DNA of 38,977 nucleotides from Thermoproteota archaeon. Its GTDB lineage: Archaea > Asgardarchaeota > Jordiarchaeia > Jordiarchaeales > Freyrarchaeaceae. The stretch covers positions 1-38,977 of the forward strand of contig JAPDJY010000087.1 in NCBI GenBank assembly GCA_029258835.1, in the 5' to 3' direction. Below are positions 8,893 to 18,457 of this stretch, piece after piece. How positions within the stretch are numbered: position 1 is the first letter of the stretch; each line of letters begins with the position of its first letter. A model generated the notes under the pieces. That model was given only the letters and a program-made list of their open reading frames with translations, was not told where the DNA came from and did no database searches. Both the position numbers and the translations under genes were made by a program.

Positions 8893-11157
8893 ATGGATGG
8901 AAGGAAGGCTGAAAAGCCTAAGATGCGTGGTAGAAGGTTAACTATTTTTCTAGCTGGTGTGCCGAACGTTGGTAAGAGTGTGTTCTTTAACAGGCTCACA
9001 GGGATAAATGCCATAGTCTCCAATTACCCTGGAACCACGGTTGAAGTCATGAGAGGCGTAGCCGGCGTTGATGGGGAAGAGGTTGAGATTACGGATCTCC
9101 CCGGCACGTACAGTTTGGGGGCCCTCTCGGAGGACCAAGAAGTGGCTGTAAGGGCGATACTTGAGGAGAACCCTGACGCCATAATAAACATTGTTGACGC
9201 AAGCAGGCTTGAGCGAAGCCTCGTCTTAACCCTTCAACTCTTAGAGCTTGGAATCCCTGTTGTTGTCGCCTTAAACCAAGTTGACTTCGCCGAGAAACGC
9301 GGGATCATGGTAGACCATGCCGCTCTTTCGAGAATGCTAGGAGTACCCGTAATTCCTACAGTCGCAACCAAGGGCGTTAACGTGAAAAGGGTGTTGGACT
9401 CCGCCGTTAAGGTGGCGGAACGGAGAAAACAGGAGTACTTCACGCTTCTCCGCGAGGTTCCCCCTCCTCCGAGGAGGGGGCGCGGTTTCGGGTACGCGTG
9501 GGGGAGGCGTATCCCACCACTAAACGTTCACGGCTCCCGTAGGGGAATAGGGTACTCACCCCCAATTGAACACTACATAGGAAGAGTTGAACGGGCAATT
9601 ATGCGGTGCTACGTAGACGGGAGGGTGGCTCCGAGAGTTATAGCGAAGTGGCTTTTAGAGGGCGACTTGAAAGCCGCCGAAATAGCGATGGGAGGCAGGA
9701 TTCCAGGATGGCTCCTCGTCGAGACCGAAGCCGTAAGGCGTGAAATGGAGTGGAACTTCGGCGAGCCGTCCTCAATCAAAATGGCCAAGGAGCGCCTTTC
9801 CCTTGCAGGGTGGATCTCACGCCAAGTAGTCAGGGAAAAGGTTAGGAGGAAGCCTACTTTACAGGAAAGGCTCGACTCGCTTCTTCTCTCCTACTCAACA
9901 GGCATACCCTTCCTACTACTCGTCTTAGCGGGAATTTTCGCCATCATCTTTCTTGGTGGCGGCTGGCTTGAGTCCCTGATCGCATCAGCCTTCGAAGACC
10001 ATATAGAGCCTCTCTTAGAATCGTTGATAGGATATACCACCGTTGACTACTTTCTAAGTGCCACGTCTAACCTAGCGTCGCTCTACGGTGAAGCATACGC
10101 TTACCTCCTTAAGCTAGTAGTTGAAAACTCCTTCTCCTACCAGATACTGGCAAAGTTCTTCTTGATTGACGGGTTAATGACTGGTGTTGAGGCAGCGTTC
10201 TCCATAGCGTTCCCATACGTGGTCACGTTTTACATAGCCTTAGCCATCCTCGAGGATACAGGGTACCTTTCGAGGATAGCCTACCTCATGGATCTCGTCC
10301 TTCACAAGTTTGGGCTTCATGGAAAATCGATAATTCCCTTAATATCAGCTTTGGGATGCAGCGTGCCGGCCATAATGTCTACGAGGATACTGGAAAGCCG
10401 GAAGCAAAGGCTGATGGTCACATTCCTAATAGTACTCCTTCCATGCTCGGCGAGAACGGCGATAATACTGGGGTCCATAGGCTACTACGGGGGGATCCAG
10501 TATGCGCTGGCAATATACGCCCTAGTCGTTGGAATAGTGGCTTTGCTCTCCGTGGCGCTGAGCAAAGTTCTCCCGGGTGTTTCCCCCAGTATGCTTATGG
10601 AGATGCCGCCATACCGTGTGCCAGCGCTTTCATCACTTGCCTCAAAAACTTGGATAAGGACTAGAGAGTTCTTCAAGATAGCATTTCCCTTAATAATAGT
10701 TGGAAGCCTAATTTTAGCTCTCTTAGAAGTCTTAAACCTTATTGATCCTATCCTCTATGCTTCAGCAGGCTTCATGGAGAATGTCCTTGGCTTGCCATCC
10801 ATAACAAGCGTAACATTGATCTACGGGCTTCTCAGAAAGGAAATGGCTCTTGAAACACTTCTCGTCATAGCAAAGCTTAAACTCGGCGTCAGCGACATGT
10901 TCTATTTCATGACCCCAATGCAAATGTTCATCTACGCCCTTGTGGTAACCCTTTACTTCCCCTGCATAGCAACCTTTGCCGTAATATTCAGAGAAATGAA
11001 CTTGAAGACAGCCCTCGCAATCAGCGCTTTAGCAATCATGTTAGCCATCTTGACGGGTGCAACGGTATACCATGTCTACCTCCTGCTTAACCCTACAGCC
11101 CCAGAACCACTAATAACAAATTTAATCAACACGTTAACCTTCATGAACCAGTCGTAG
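8893..11157 (+). CDS. feoB: Ferrous iron transporter FeoB
   Basis: G1 GVPNVGKS, NYPGTT, DLPGTYSL, NQVD; membrane part LEDTGYLSR, GCSVPAIM, PCSAR, MEMPPY, LYFPCIAT. Confidence 0.95.
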   Translation: MDGRKAEKPKMRGRRLTIFLAGVPNVGKSVFFNRLTGINAIVSNYPGTTVEVMRGVAGVDGEEVEITDLPGTYSLGALSEDQEVAVRAILEENPDAIINIVDASRLERSLVLTLQLLELGIPVVVALNQVDFAEKRGIMVDHAALSRMLGVPVIPTVATKGVNVKRVLDSAVKVAERRKQEYFTLLREVPPPPRRGRGFGYAWGRRIPPLNVHGSRRGIGYSPPIEHYIGRVERAIMRCYVDGRVAPRVIAKWLLEGDLKAAEIAMGGRIPGWLLVETEAVRREMEWNFGEPSSIKMAKERLSLAGWISRQVVREKVRRKPTLQERLDSLLLSYSTGIPFLLLVLAGIFAIIFLGGGWLESLIASAFEDHIEPLLESLIGYTTVDYFLSATSNLASLYGEAYAYLLKLVVENSFSYQILAKFFLIDGLMTGVEAAFSIAFPYVVTFYIALAILEDTGYLSRIAYLMDLVLHKFGLHGKSIIPLISALGCSVPAIMSTRILESRKQRLMVTFLIVLLPCSARTAIILGSIGYYGGIQYALAIYALVVGIVALLSVALSKVLPGVSPSMLMEMPPYRVPALSSLASKTWIRTREFFKIAFPLIIVGSLILALLEVLNLIDPILYASAGFMENVLGLPSITSVTLIYGLLRKEMALETLLVIAKLKLGVSDMFYFMTPMQMFIYALVVTLYFPCIATFAVIFREMNLKTALAISALAIMLAILTGATVYHVYLLLNPTAPEPLITNLINTLTFMNQS

Positions 11158-11393
11158 AAAGAAAAACAGCGTTGTCCATTTTAGCTCCGCCACTTAAACG
11201 GTTAGAGGCTCCTCCCTCCACGATGCCGACTCTTCCGTTGAAAGAGAGCCTTCGCTACCTCCCCTGCGTAATCCATCATTCTTTCACTCATCTACCGAGG
11301 GGAAAAAAGAAAATTCTAATAAGGGAAGTTTAATGATGATATTCCCTATGATTCCTTTTCCCTTTAAACCGTTTTTAGAATGGAGGGTTTAAA

Positions 11394-12191
11394 GTGAAGT
11401 ATGAAACATTGAGTGTTAGGGTCGAGGATGGTGTAGCAATCATAACGCTAAGTCGACCTGATAAGCTTAACGCTCTCGACGAACAGGCAGCACGCGAACT
11501 TCTCCAAAGCCTTAAGGAGTGCGAAAAAGACGAAAACGTTAAAGTTGTTGTGATCACAGGGGAGGGAAAGGCTTTCAGCGCTGGGGGAGATATAAAGGGA
11601 ATGATGAAGTCAATAGAGGAGGGGAATCCGGGAGAGTTCATGGACTCCCTAACTAAACCTCTCTACGAGGTTGCCTTGCACATAAGAAGAATGAGCAAGC
11701 TGGTGATAGCGTCGGTTAACGGGTACGCCATGGGCGCCGGTTTCAACCTTGCAATCGCATGCGACATAGTTTTGGCATCAGAAAAAGCCATGTTCGCCCA
11801 AAGCTTCATCAAGCTAGGCTTAATACCTGGCATGGGGGGAACATACCTCCTAACACGCTTAATAGGCCCGTTAAGAGCCGGCGAGCTCTTTTACACTGGA
11901 AGGACAATAGACGCCCAAGAAGCCCTTTCACTGGGAATAGTTAACCGCGTCGTCCCCCACGAGAAACTCCACGAGGAGACCATGAAGCTGGCATCGTCTT
12001 TGGCTAGGGGGCCAACTCTCGCCCTAGCCAGAACAAAAATGCTCCTAGAAAAGGCCATGCACGCCCCCGAAATGAGCAGCCACCTGACGGAAGAACGATT
12101 AATGCAAATAGAATCAGCCAAAACCAGAGACTATGAGGAGGGGGTAAGATCCTTCATAGAAAAAAGGAGTCCGGACTTCCAGGGAGAATAG
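11394..12191 (+). CDS. Enoyl-CoA hydratase/isomerase (crotonase), PaaG-like
   Basis: RPDKLNAL, AFSAGGDI, VNGYAMGAGFNLAIACD, GLIPGMGG. Confidence 0.9.
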   Translation: MKYETLSVRVEDGVAIITLSRPDKLNALDEQAARELLQSLKECEKDENVKVVVITGEGKAFSAGGDIKGMMKSIEEGNPGEFMDSLTKPLYEVALHIRRMSKLVIASVNGYAMGAGFNLAIACDIVLASEKAMFAQSFIKLGLIPGMGGTYLLTRLIGPLRAGELFYTGRTIDAQEALSLGIVNRVVPHEKLHEETMKLASSLARGPTLALARTKMLLEKAMHAPEMSSHLTEERLMQIESAKTRDYEEGVRSFIEKRSPDFQGE

Positions 12192-12203
12192 GAGGGGAAA
12201 CGC

Positions 12204-13451
12204 TTAACCTAATATTTTCCTGTATATTTCACGTTGTACCAGGTATCTTAGGATCTCCGAGCTTCCAGCTCCTATCTGCGCCATCTTAGAATCCCTTAAA
12301 TATCTTTCTAGCGGATATTCGCGGGTCATGCCGATGCCGCCTGCAACTTGTATGGCGTCTAAGCATATTTTCACTGTTAGATCTGCTGAGAAGAACTTTG
12401 CCGCTGCAACCTCCTTAGTGGCTTTGAGTCCGCTGTCAATCATCCTTGCAGCACGCAGTACCATTAGGCGTGAGGCCTCTATGGCGGCGTACATCTCGGC
12501 TATTTTAAAGCTTACTCCTTCAAACTCTCTGATGGGTCTTTTGAACTGTATTCTTTCGGCGGCGTACTTTGCTGCTATTTCGAATGCTGAGCGTGCGATT
12601 CCTATGTACTGGCTCGATGTGAACGTTCTCTCGCTGTCTAACCCTTCCATAAGCACTTTTAAGCCTCCGTTCTCTTCGCCTAAGAGGTTTTCCTCCGGTA
12701 TCTTGCAGTCCTTGAAGACAAGGTGGCTGTTGACGGATCCCCACCTGCCGATGAGCTCATAATCTTTGACTGCCTTAAATCCTTCGGTGTCCGTTGGGAA
12801 TATAAACGCACTTATACCCTGATGCCTTTTCACGTGGGGGTTAGTTACGGCGTAAAGTAGCAGGTACTTGGCCCTGCTGCCGTTCGTGATGAACCGTTTC
12901 TCTCCGTTAATCACATAGTAGGATCCTTTCTTTTCCGCTCTCGTCCGCATTCCTCCTATTGCGTCGCTTCCCCCCGTTGGCTCTGTTATGGCTATTGCCC
13001 CGAGCTCTTCTCCGGTCATGATCGGCTTAAGAAACCTCTCCTTCTGCTCTTTTGTGCCGAACCTGACGATGGGCATGGCGTAGAGTACCGCTGATGCGCC
13101 GTAGGTTACGGCGACCGCGTAGCTTGCGGCTGAAAGCTCCTCTCCAAGTATCACCTGGTAGACCAGTCCTTTCCCCATGCCCCCCAGCCCTTTTGGGAAG
13201 GATACTCCGATGTATCCCTCTTCCCCCATCTTCTTAATGATGTCATGTATTAAGTCGAAGTTTTTCTCCCTGTCTATCCTATCGGCGAGAGGGAGGACTT
13301 CCCTCTTAACGAAATCCCGGAACTTCATCCTAAACCTGTTCTCCTCCTCCGTGAAAAAGTGAAGGGATCCCTCATCCAAGCTATAGCCAAACTCGACGTT
13401 TAAGTCCTCAAAACCTATGTGTCCTTCACGCGGCAACAAGGAAACCTCCAT
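12204..13451 (-). CDS. Acyl-CoA dehydrogenase
   Basis: AITEPTGGSD, INGEKRFITNG, RIQFKRPI, AIQVAGGIG, IGAGSSEI. Confidence 0.93.
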   Translation of the reverse strand: MEVSLLPREGHIGFEDLNVEFGYSLDEGSLHFFTEEENRFRMKFRDFVKREVLPLADRIDREKNFDLIHDIIKKMGEEGYIGVSFPKGLGGMGKGLVYQVILGEELSAASYAVAVTYGASAVLYAMPIVRFGTKEQKERFLKPIMTGEELGAIAITEPTGGSDAIGGMRTRAEKKGSYYVINGEKRFITNGSRAKYLLLYAVTNPHVKRHQGISAFIFPTDTEGFKAVKDYELIGRWGSVNSHLVFKDCKIPEENLLGEENGGLKVLMEGLDSERTFTSSQYIGIARSAFEIAAKYAAERIQFKRPIREFEGVSFKIAEMYAAIEASRLMVLRAARMIDSGLKATKEVAAAKFFSADLTVKICLDAIQVAGGIGMTREYPLERYLRDSKMAQIGAGSSEILRYLVQREIYRKILG

Positions 13452-13620
13452 TTATTTTGAGTTAACGTAACATTGCAACCTCCTACTAAAAATTTCTCAT
13501 TTAAAACGTCTCCTCCACTTACCTGTTACGCGTCGCCGCGCTCACCGCAGGCTAGCAAAGGTTTAAGTTGCTTTCCTCAACAATAAACAGTGGTAGGCCT
13601 CGGAGAGGAGGAAGAATCGG

Positions 13621-14523
13621 TTGAGAGCTGAGGAAGTGAAGAGGATAGGTGTGCTGGGAGCGGGAACGATGGGTCACGGCATAGCGCAGGTTTGTGCTAG
13701 GAGTGGATACGAGGTTGTGCTCGTCGACGTGAAAGATGAGATCCTTAAGAAAGCTCTAAGCCTGATAAGGTCTGGCCCCTTCGGCCTAGAGAAGCTAGTT
13801 CAAAAGGGGAAGATGAGCGAGGACGAGCTGGAAGCCACCATGGGTAGAATTAAGCCCTCAACGTCACGTGACGACCTTGAAGACGTAGACTTCCTAATTG
13901 AGGCGATCCCGGAAAACGTGGAGCTTAAAAAGAAGGTTTTTTCAGAGCTTGACGCCCTCTGCAAGGAGAAAACAGTTTTCGCGTCAAACACTTCGGGAAT
14001 ACTCATAAGCGACCTTGCATCCGCGGTGGAGAGGAAGGACAGGTTCATAGGCATGCACTGGTTTAATCCAGCACCGGTGATGAGGCTAATAGAAGTTGTC
14101 AGGGGGCCTTTAACCTCCGATGAAACCTTTAACTTAACAGTTGAGCTTTCAAGAAGACTTGGAAAGGTTCCCATAGAAGCAAAGGACTCCCCAGGATTTT
14201 TTACGACACGCTTTGTGGATTGCTGGCTTATGGAGGCAGTCAGACTCTTTGAAGCAGGCATAGCGGGGATAAAGGAAATAGACGATATGTGCAAAATGGC
14301 CTTCGGCTTCCCTATGGGCCCCTTCGAGCTCATGGACCTGATAGGCTTAGACACCATATACCATGTTGGAGAATACCTCTACAGTGAAACCCATGAAGCA
14401 CGCTACGCACCCCCCATCACACTGAAGAAACTTGTCCTCTCAGGGTACATAGGCGACAAGAGAACCAAGCCCGGGAGCAGGGGAGGATGGTACGATTTCT
14501 TCAAGATAGAAGGTGGAGGTTGA
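13621..14523 (+). CDS. 3-hydroxyacyl-CoA (3-hydroxybutyryl-CoA) dehydrogenase
   Basis: GAGTMGHGIA, EAIPE, ASNTS, GMHWFNP, PMGPFELMDLIGLD. Confidence 0.93.
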   Translation: MRAEEVKRIGVLGAGTMGHGIAQVCARSGYEVVLVDVKDEILKKALSLIRSGPFGLEKLVQKGKMSEDELEATMGRIKPSTSRDDLEDVDFLIEAIPENVELKKKVFSELDALCKEKTVFASNTSGILISDLASAVERKDRFIGMHWFNPAPVMRLIEVVRGPLTSDETFNLTVELSRRLGKVPIEAKDSPGFFTTRFVDCWLMEAVRLFEAGIAGIKEIDDMCKMAFGFPMGPFELMDLIGLDTIYHVGEYLYSETHEARYAPPITLKKLVLSGYIGDKRTKPGSRGGWYDFFKIEGGG

Positions 14524-14530
14524 GTCTGGG

Positions 14531-15325
14531 ATGAAAGTTAAGCTTGAAAGGGACTCTGACGAGAGAATCGCTTGGGTAAAGCTAAACTATCCTGAAAGAA
14601 TGAACGTCCTACACTTAGGCATGCTTAAGGATCTTTACAATGCTCTTACTAAAGCAGACAGGGATGACAAGGTTTCCGCCATAATCATAACTGGCGAAGG
14701 AGGGGTGTTCAGCGCTGGAGCGGATTTAAGGGAAATAATGAAGCAAGACTTCAAGGAAGGGGTTAGGTGGCTTAAAGCATACTGGGACGTTCTAGAACTG
14801 GTGAGAGAGACTGGAAAGCTGGTTGTTGCGGCTGTAAAGGGAGCTTGCGTTGCGGGAGGACACGAACTAGTCATAATGTGCGATTTAGTGGTTGCCGGTA
14901 AGTCCGCTAGGTTCGGACAGCCCGAAATCTTAGTTGGCTCGACGGCTATGGGTGGAGGAGTGCAAATGCTGCCACTAATCATCGGCGAGAAAAGGGCTAG
15001 AGAACTCGTCTTCACAGCCCGTCTCCTAAGCGCGGAGGAAGCATACCAACTGGGCTTGGTTAACAGGGTGGTCGAGGATGAAGAGGTTGAAAACGAGGCT
15101 CGTAAACTAGCGCTGGAAGTGGTGGATAGGGTAAGCCCCCAAGCTTTCCGGGTGATTAAGTCATGCCTCAAGTACTGGACGGATCTTGCAATGCTCAACT
15201 GGCAGCTGGCAAGAGACTTAACGGCAATGGTTTGGACATCGGAGGAGTTCAGGGAGAGAGGTAAAAGTTTCCTTGAAAAGAGGAAACCTACTCCGAGGAG
15301 GTTTCTAGGCATAACACCCTACTGA
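14531..15325 (+). CDS. Enoyl-CoA hydratase (crotonase family)
   Basis: FSAGADL, AGGHE and GQPE (both catalytic Glu positions present). Confidence 0.9.
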   Translation: MKVKLERDSDERIAWVKLNYPERMNVLHLGMLKDLYNALTKADRDDKVSAIIITGEGGVFSAGADLREIMKQDFKEGVRWLKAYWDVLELVRETGKLVVAAVKGACVAGGHELVIMCDLVVAGKSARFGQPEILVGSTAMGGGVQMLPLIIGEKRARELVFTARLLSAEEAYQLGLVNRVVEDEEVENEARKLALEVVDRVSPQAFRVIKSCLKYWTDLAMLNWQLARDLTAMVWTSEEFRERGKSFLEKRKPTPRRFLGITPY

Positions 15326-15425
15326 AGGGGGAAAGAAGTGCTCTTCTTCTCAAAGCTTTCTTTTCCACCCGAGAAAAGAGCTAATCACCGGTAAACCTTA
15401 AGGTTTCCGCTTCCCGTCCAGCTTT

Positions 15426-16532
15426 TCACCCTTCCTTTTTAATTGCTTCCAGTATTTGCTCTGCATGCGACTCCTTAAGCTCGAAGACTGGTGTTTCCCT
15501 AAGGACGTTTTCTACCGTGGCCGCGTCTGGGGTGAACTCGTCTAAGTTTCTTATGGGGTAAGACGTCAGCCACGTCTCGTAGTGTATCGAGTAGGGTGCC
15601 CGAACCGTCCCATTCGGTTTGAGAGGCGACGGGTCTATAAGGATCTGGTCTGCCCTCTCAGCTTTCTTAGCAACCTGTGTTGTTGTTACAGGCTTCCCTC
15701 TACGCGTTACCCTGTAGAAGACTTCCTTCTCATCCCTTGGCATGTCCTGTATTTTCTCCTCCACTTTTTTCTGGATGAAAGCGACGATGTCCTTGTAGAG
15801 GGAAAAGTAGTCCTTGTATCCCTCAGGCAGCCCATGCTCCCCGAGCCTAGCCCACACCTGCAACTCTCTTGAACCTGAAAACTTAACTGCCGGTTTAACA
15901 CCGTACTCCTCTAGGCACTCGCAGGCAAGCCTGCAAACAACCTTAACTGGCTCAAGTTTATCTCCAAACATCTTCCCAGCACTTACGTCGAACACAAGCC
16001 AGTCGGGTCTTCTCTCCTCAAACCTGTGGATTACGGGGAGGAAGTCGACGGCGTGCAGGTCAACTAGGTCAAGCAAGTCCCCTTCGCTCCTAATGACTAT
16101 GGGCTGCTTCCTCGGCTTATACCTTGCATACCTCACGAAAGACGGATTAAGGCTATTGATAGGATCCTTCTCATCGGAGAAAACCTTAACAACAGAGACA
16201 GCCCTCCCCTCAAGGTAGGGCATCATCAACTTCGCCACCCTCGGGTAATACTTCCTAGCTAGGTAAACAGCCCGGTAAGACCTGTTTAGCTCGTTCCAAA
16301 CATGGTTCAGCCTCTCCTCTAAGCGTTCAATCCCCCTTGGAAGTATCCTGAAGGCTCCATTCCTCTCCTCCACCATCCCGGCGTCTACAAGCCGTGAGAG
16401 AACACTTCTAACCTCCTCGTCAGACACCCCGGCATCTCTTGAAACCTTCTCGCAGATATGGCCCCCGTCGAAAAATTTTCCAGCCTTTTTAATGCTAAGA
16501 ATCAGCAGGACGTGATCCTCCACCTCAGCCAA
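15426..16532 (-). CDS. Winged-helix + LigD polymerase-like (AEP/PrimPol) domain protein
   Basis: N-terminal wHTH (VSDEEVRSVLSRLVDAGMVEERNGAFRILPRG); RPDWLVFD, VKFSGSR, ILID, RAPYSIH align to LigD-Pol motifs. Confidence 0.8.
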   Translation of the reverse strand: MAEVEDHVLLILSIKKAGKFFDGGHICEKVSRDAGVSDEEVRSVLSRLVDAGMVEERNGAFRILPRGIERLEERLNHVWNELNRSYRAVYLARKYYPRVAKLMMPYLEGRAVSVVKVFSDEKDPINSLNPSFVRYARYKPRKQPIVIRSEGDLLDLVDLHAVDFLPVIHRFEERRPDWLVFDVSAGKMFGDKLEPVKVVCRLACECLEEYGVKPAVKFSGSRELQVWARLGEHGLPEGYKDYFSLYKDIVAFIQKKVEEKIQDMPRDEKEVFYRVTRRGKPVTTTQVAKKAERADQILIDPSPLKPNGTVRAPYSIHYETWLTSYPIRNLDEFTPDAATVENVLRETPVFELKESHAEQILEAIKKEG

Positions 16533-16757
16533 AAATCCACCCTCCTACAACGTAACACTCCTCTAAAGCAACCCGTCATCTAACATCATTTCCCCACAAT
16601 CTCGCTAGAAAAAACAGCCACTTCACCGTTTTTAAACAATTCTAATATCTTTTCTTAATTTCTTAAGTCTCCCTTCCCTTAAGCCCTTTAAAAAAAATAG
16701 GGGAATGGCACGCCTCTCCCCTGCTTCCATTCCAATGGGCTCTCGCGCACCTTTCTG

Positions 16758-18293
16758 TCACTCGTTAAGCTCCCTGTACATTTTCTTAAGCTTCTTATAT
16801 ATGAGCTTAAACTTCGGATACAGCTCATCATATATCTCCTTGTTTTCAGGGTTCGGTTCAAACTCCTTTCTTACAGGCACAACTTTCTCCAGCTCGTCGA
16901 AGCTCTTATAGTATCCTAGTCCTACAGCCGCCGTGAGGGCTGCGCCCCGTGAGCCAGCCTCTATTGGATCCTTCATTTGCCTTATTTTCTTACCGGTAAT
17001 GTCTGCCAGTATTTGACACCATACATCGCTCTGTGCCCCTCCTCCGATAAGATTAATCGAGGGAACCTGTCCTATAAGCTTCTGCACACCTTCAAGCATC
17101 CACTTTATATGGTATGCAACGCCTTCTAGAATCGCTCTCAACACGTGCTTGTCCTCGTGTATCAAGCTTAAGTTTATGAATCCGCCCCTAACAGTATGAT
17201 CGTTTAACGGGCAGCGCTCCCCGAACATCCACGGTGTGAATATGAGTTTCCTAGACCCTGGCTCCGCCTCGGCTGCAATCCTGTCCATCACATTGTAAAC
17301 GTCTACCCCCTCCTTCTCAGCCTCAACCATGTACCTGTAGCCTAGGTTGTTCTTGAGCCACTGATAGCAGACGCCTGAGCACTCTTGTTCTGCTACGAGA
17401 ATGTACTTCGTCGGGTCGGCGCTGCAGATGCTACCGATATAATACGATATGCTGAGCTTTCTCTTCGTGACCGGGGCAACTACCCAGCTGCTCGTCCCTA
17501 TGTAAGCGTGAACCTGGTTCTCCCTCACTGCTCCGCTGCCAACGGTTGCTGCGGGGATGTCGCCGCAGCCACAGACAACCTGCGTCCCCTTCTTAAGGCC
17601 AAGGTCTTTAGCAGCCTCGGCTGTAAGCTCTCCAACCACCGTCGGCGAGGGAACAGTATCGCAAAGCTTCTCCATGGGTATACCCGCCTTCCTGCAGATG
17701 TTCTCCGACCACCTCATCCTCCCCTTCCTAGAGTCAAACATCCAGGTTACGCTGGCGCAGTCCCACGAGGTCACGTACTCCCCGGTGCACCTGTATATTA
17801 AGTAGTCTTTTGCATCCAGAAGCTTGTAGGCTTTCTCGAAAACGTGAGGCTCATTCTCCCTTAGCCACACTATTTTTGATATGACGTCCTTCGGGCCGGG
17901 AGCTCCACCAGTTATCCTCACAAACGTTATCAGCATTGAAAGTATGTTGCCCGCCAGCTTCCTAGCCTGATCGTGAGCCCTAGAGTCAAGCCATATTATC
18001 GCTGGCCTAAGCGGCTCGCCGTTCTTGTCGACCGGCACCAGCCCCGCCATCTGAGCAGATATCGATATAGCTTCAACGTCATCTGGCTTGATTTTAGCTG
18101 CCCTAAGGGCTTCTTTTGAGGACTTGGTTGTGGCAGCCCACCACTCCTTAGGGTTCTGCTCGGCCCAGTCAGGCTGCGGATGGTAAAGCTCGTAGCCTGC
18201 AATAGCGGAGCTAACCAGTTCACCTTTAACAGTACAGATGGTTGCCTTAACGCTGCTAGTACCAAAATCCCAAGCCATAATATAGCCGGGCAT
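16758..18293 (-). CDS. FGGY-family carbohydrate kinase (xylulokinase-like)
   Basis: DFGTSSVKA, WAEQNP, AIIWLDSR, GCGD, YIGTS, GERCP, GGGAQSDVWCQILAD. Confidence 0.92.
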   Translation of the reverse strand: MPGYIMAWDFGTSSVKATICTVKGELVSSAIAGYELYHPQPDWAEQNPKEWWAATTKSSKEALRAAKIKPDDVEAISISAQMAGLVPVDKNGEPLRPAIIWLDSRAHDQARKLAGNILSMLITFVRITGGAPGPKDVISKIVWLRENEPHVFEKAYKLLDAKDYLIYRCTGEYVTSWDCASVTWMFDSRKGRMRWSENICRKAGIPMEKLCDTVPSPTVVGELTAEAAKDLGLKKGTQVVCGCGDIPAATVGSGAVRENQVHAYIGTSSWVVAPVTKRKLSISYYIGSICSADPTKYILVAEQECSGVCYQWLKNNLGYRYMVEAEKEGVDVYNVMDRIAAEAEPGSRKLIFTPWMFGERCPLNDHTVRGGFINLSLIHEDKHVLRAILEGVAYHIKWMLEGVQKLIGQVPSINLIGGGAQSDVWCQILADITGKKIRQMKDPIEAGSRGAALTAAVGLGYYKSFDELEKVVPVRKEFEPNPENKEIYDELYPKFKLIYKKLKKMYRELNE

Positions 18294-18457
18294 GATTCCT
18301 CCCTCCACAACAAATGTTAAATCCCCTATACACTTTATAAGGATAGTCTTAGCCTTAACGGCTAAAAAACAGGATTGACCTTCCAATCCACCTTCACGCT
18401 TCTCTCTCAGCTGATCGTAACACCTTTATGAACCTTCCTTATCACTTAAAGTGGGGG

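Noticed and set aside
11202-11291. 29-aa minus-strand ORF MSERMMDYAGEVAKALF...
   Set aside because: Short, with a weak RBS and no recognisable motif; possibly a relic
13800-15312. Long antisense ORFs (185 and 225 aa; similarly 23811..24479)
   Set aside because: They mirror well-supported genes and have no motifs
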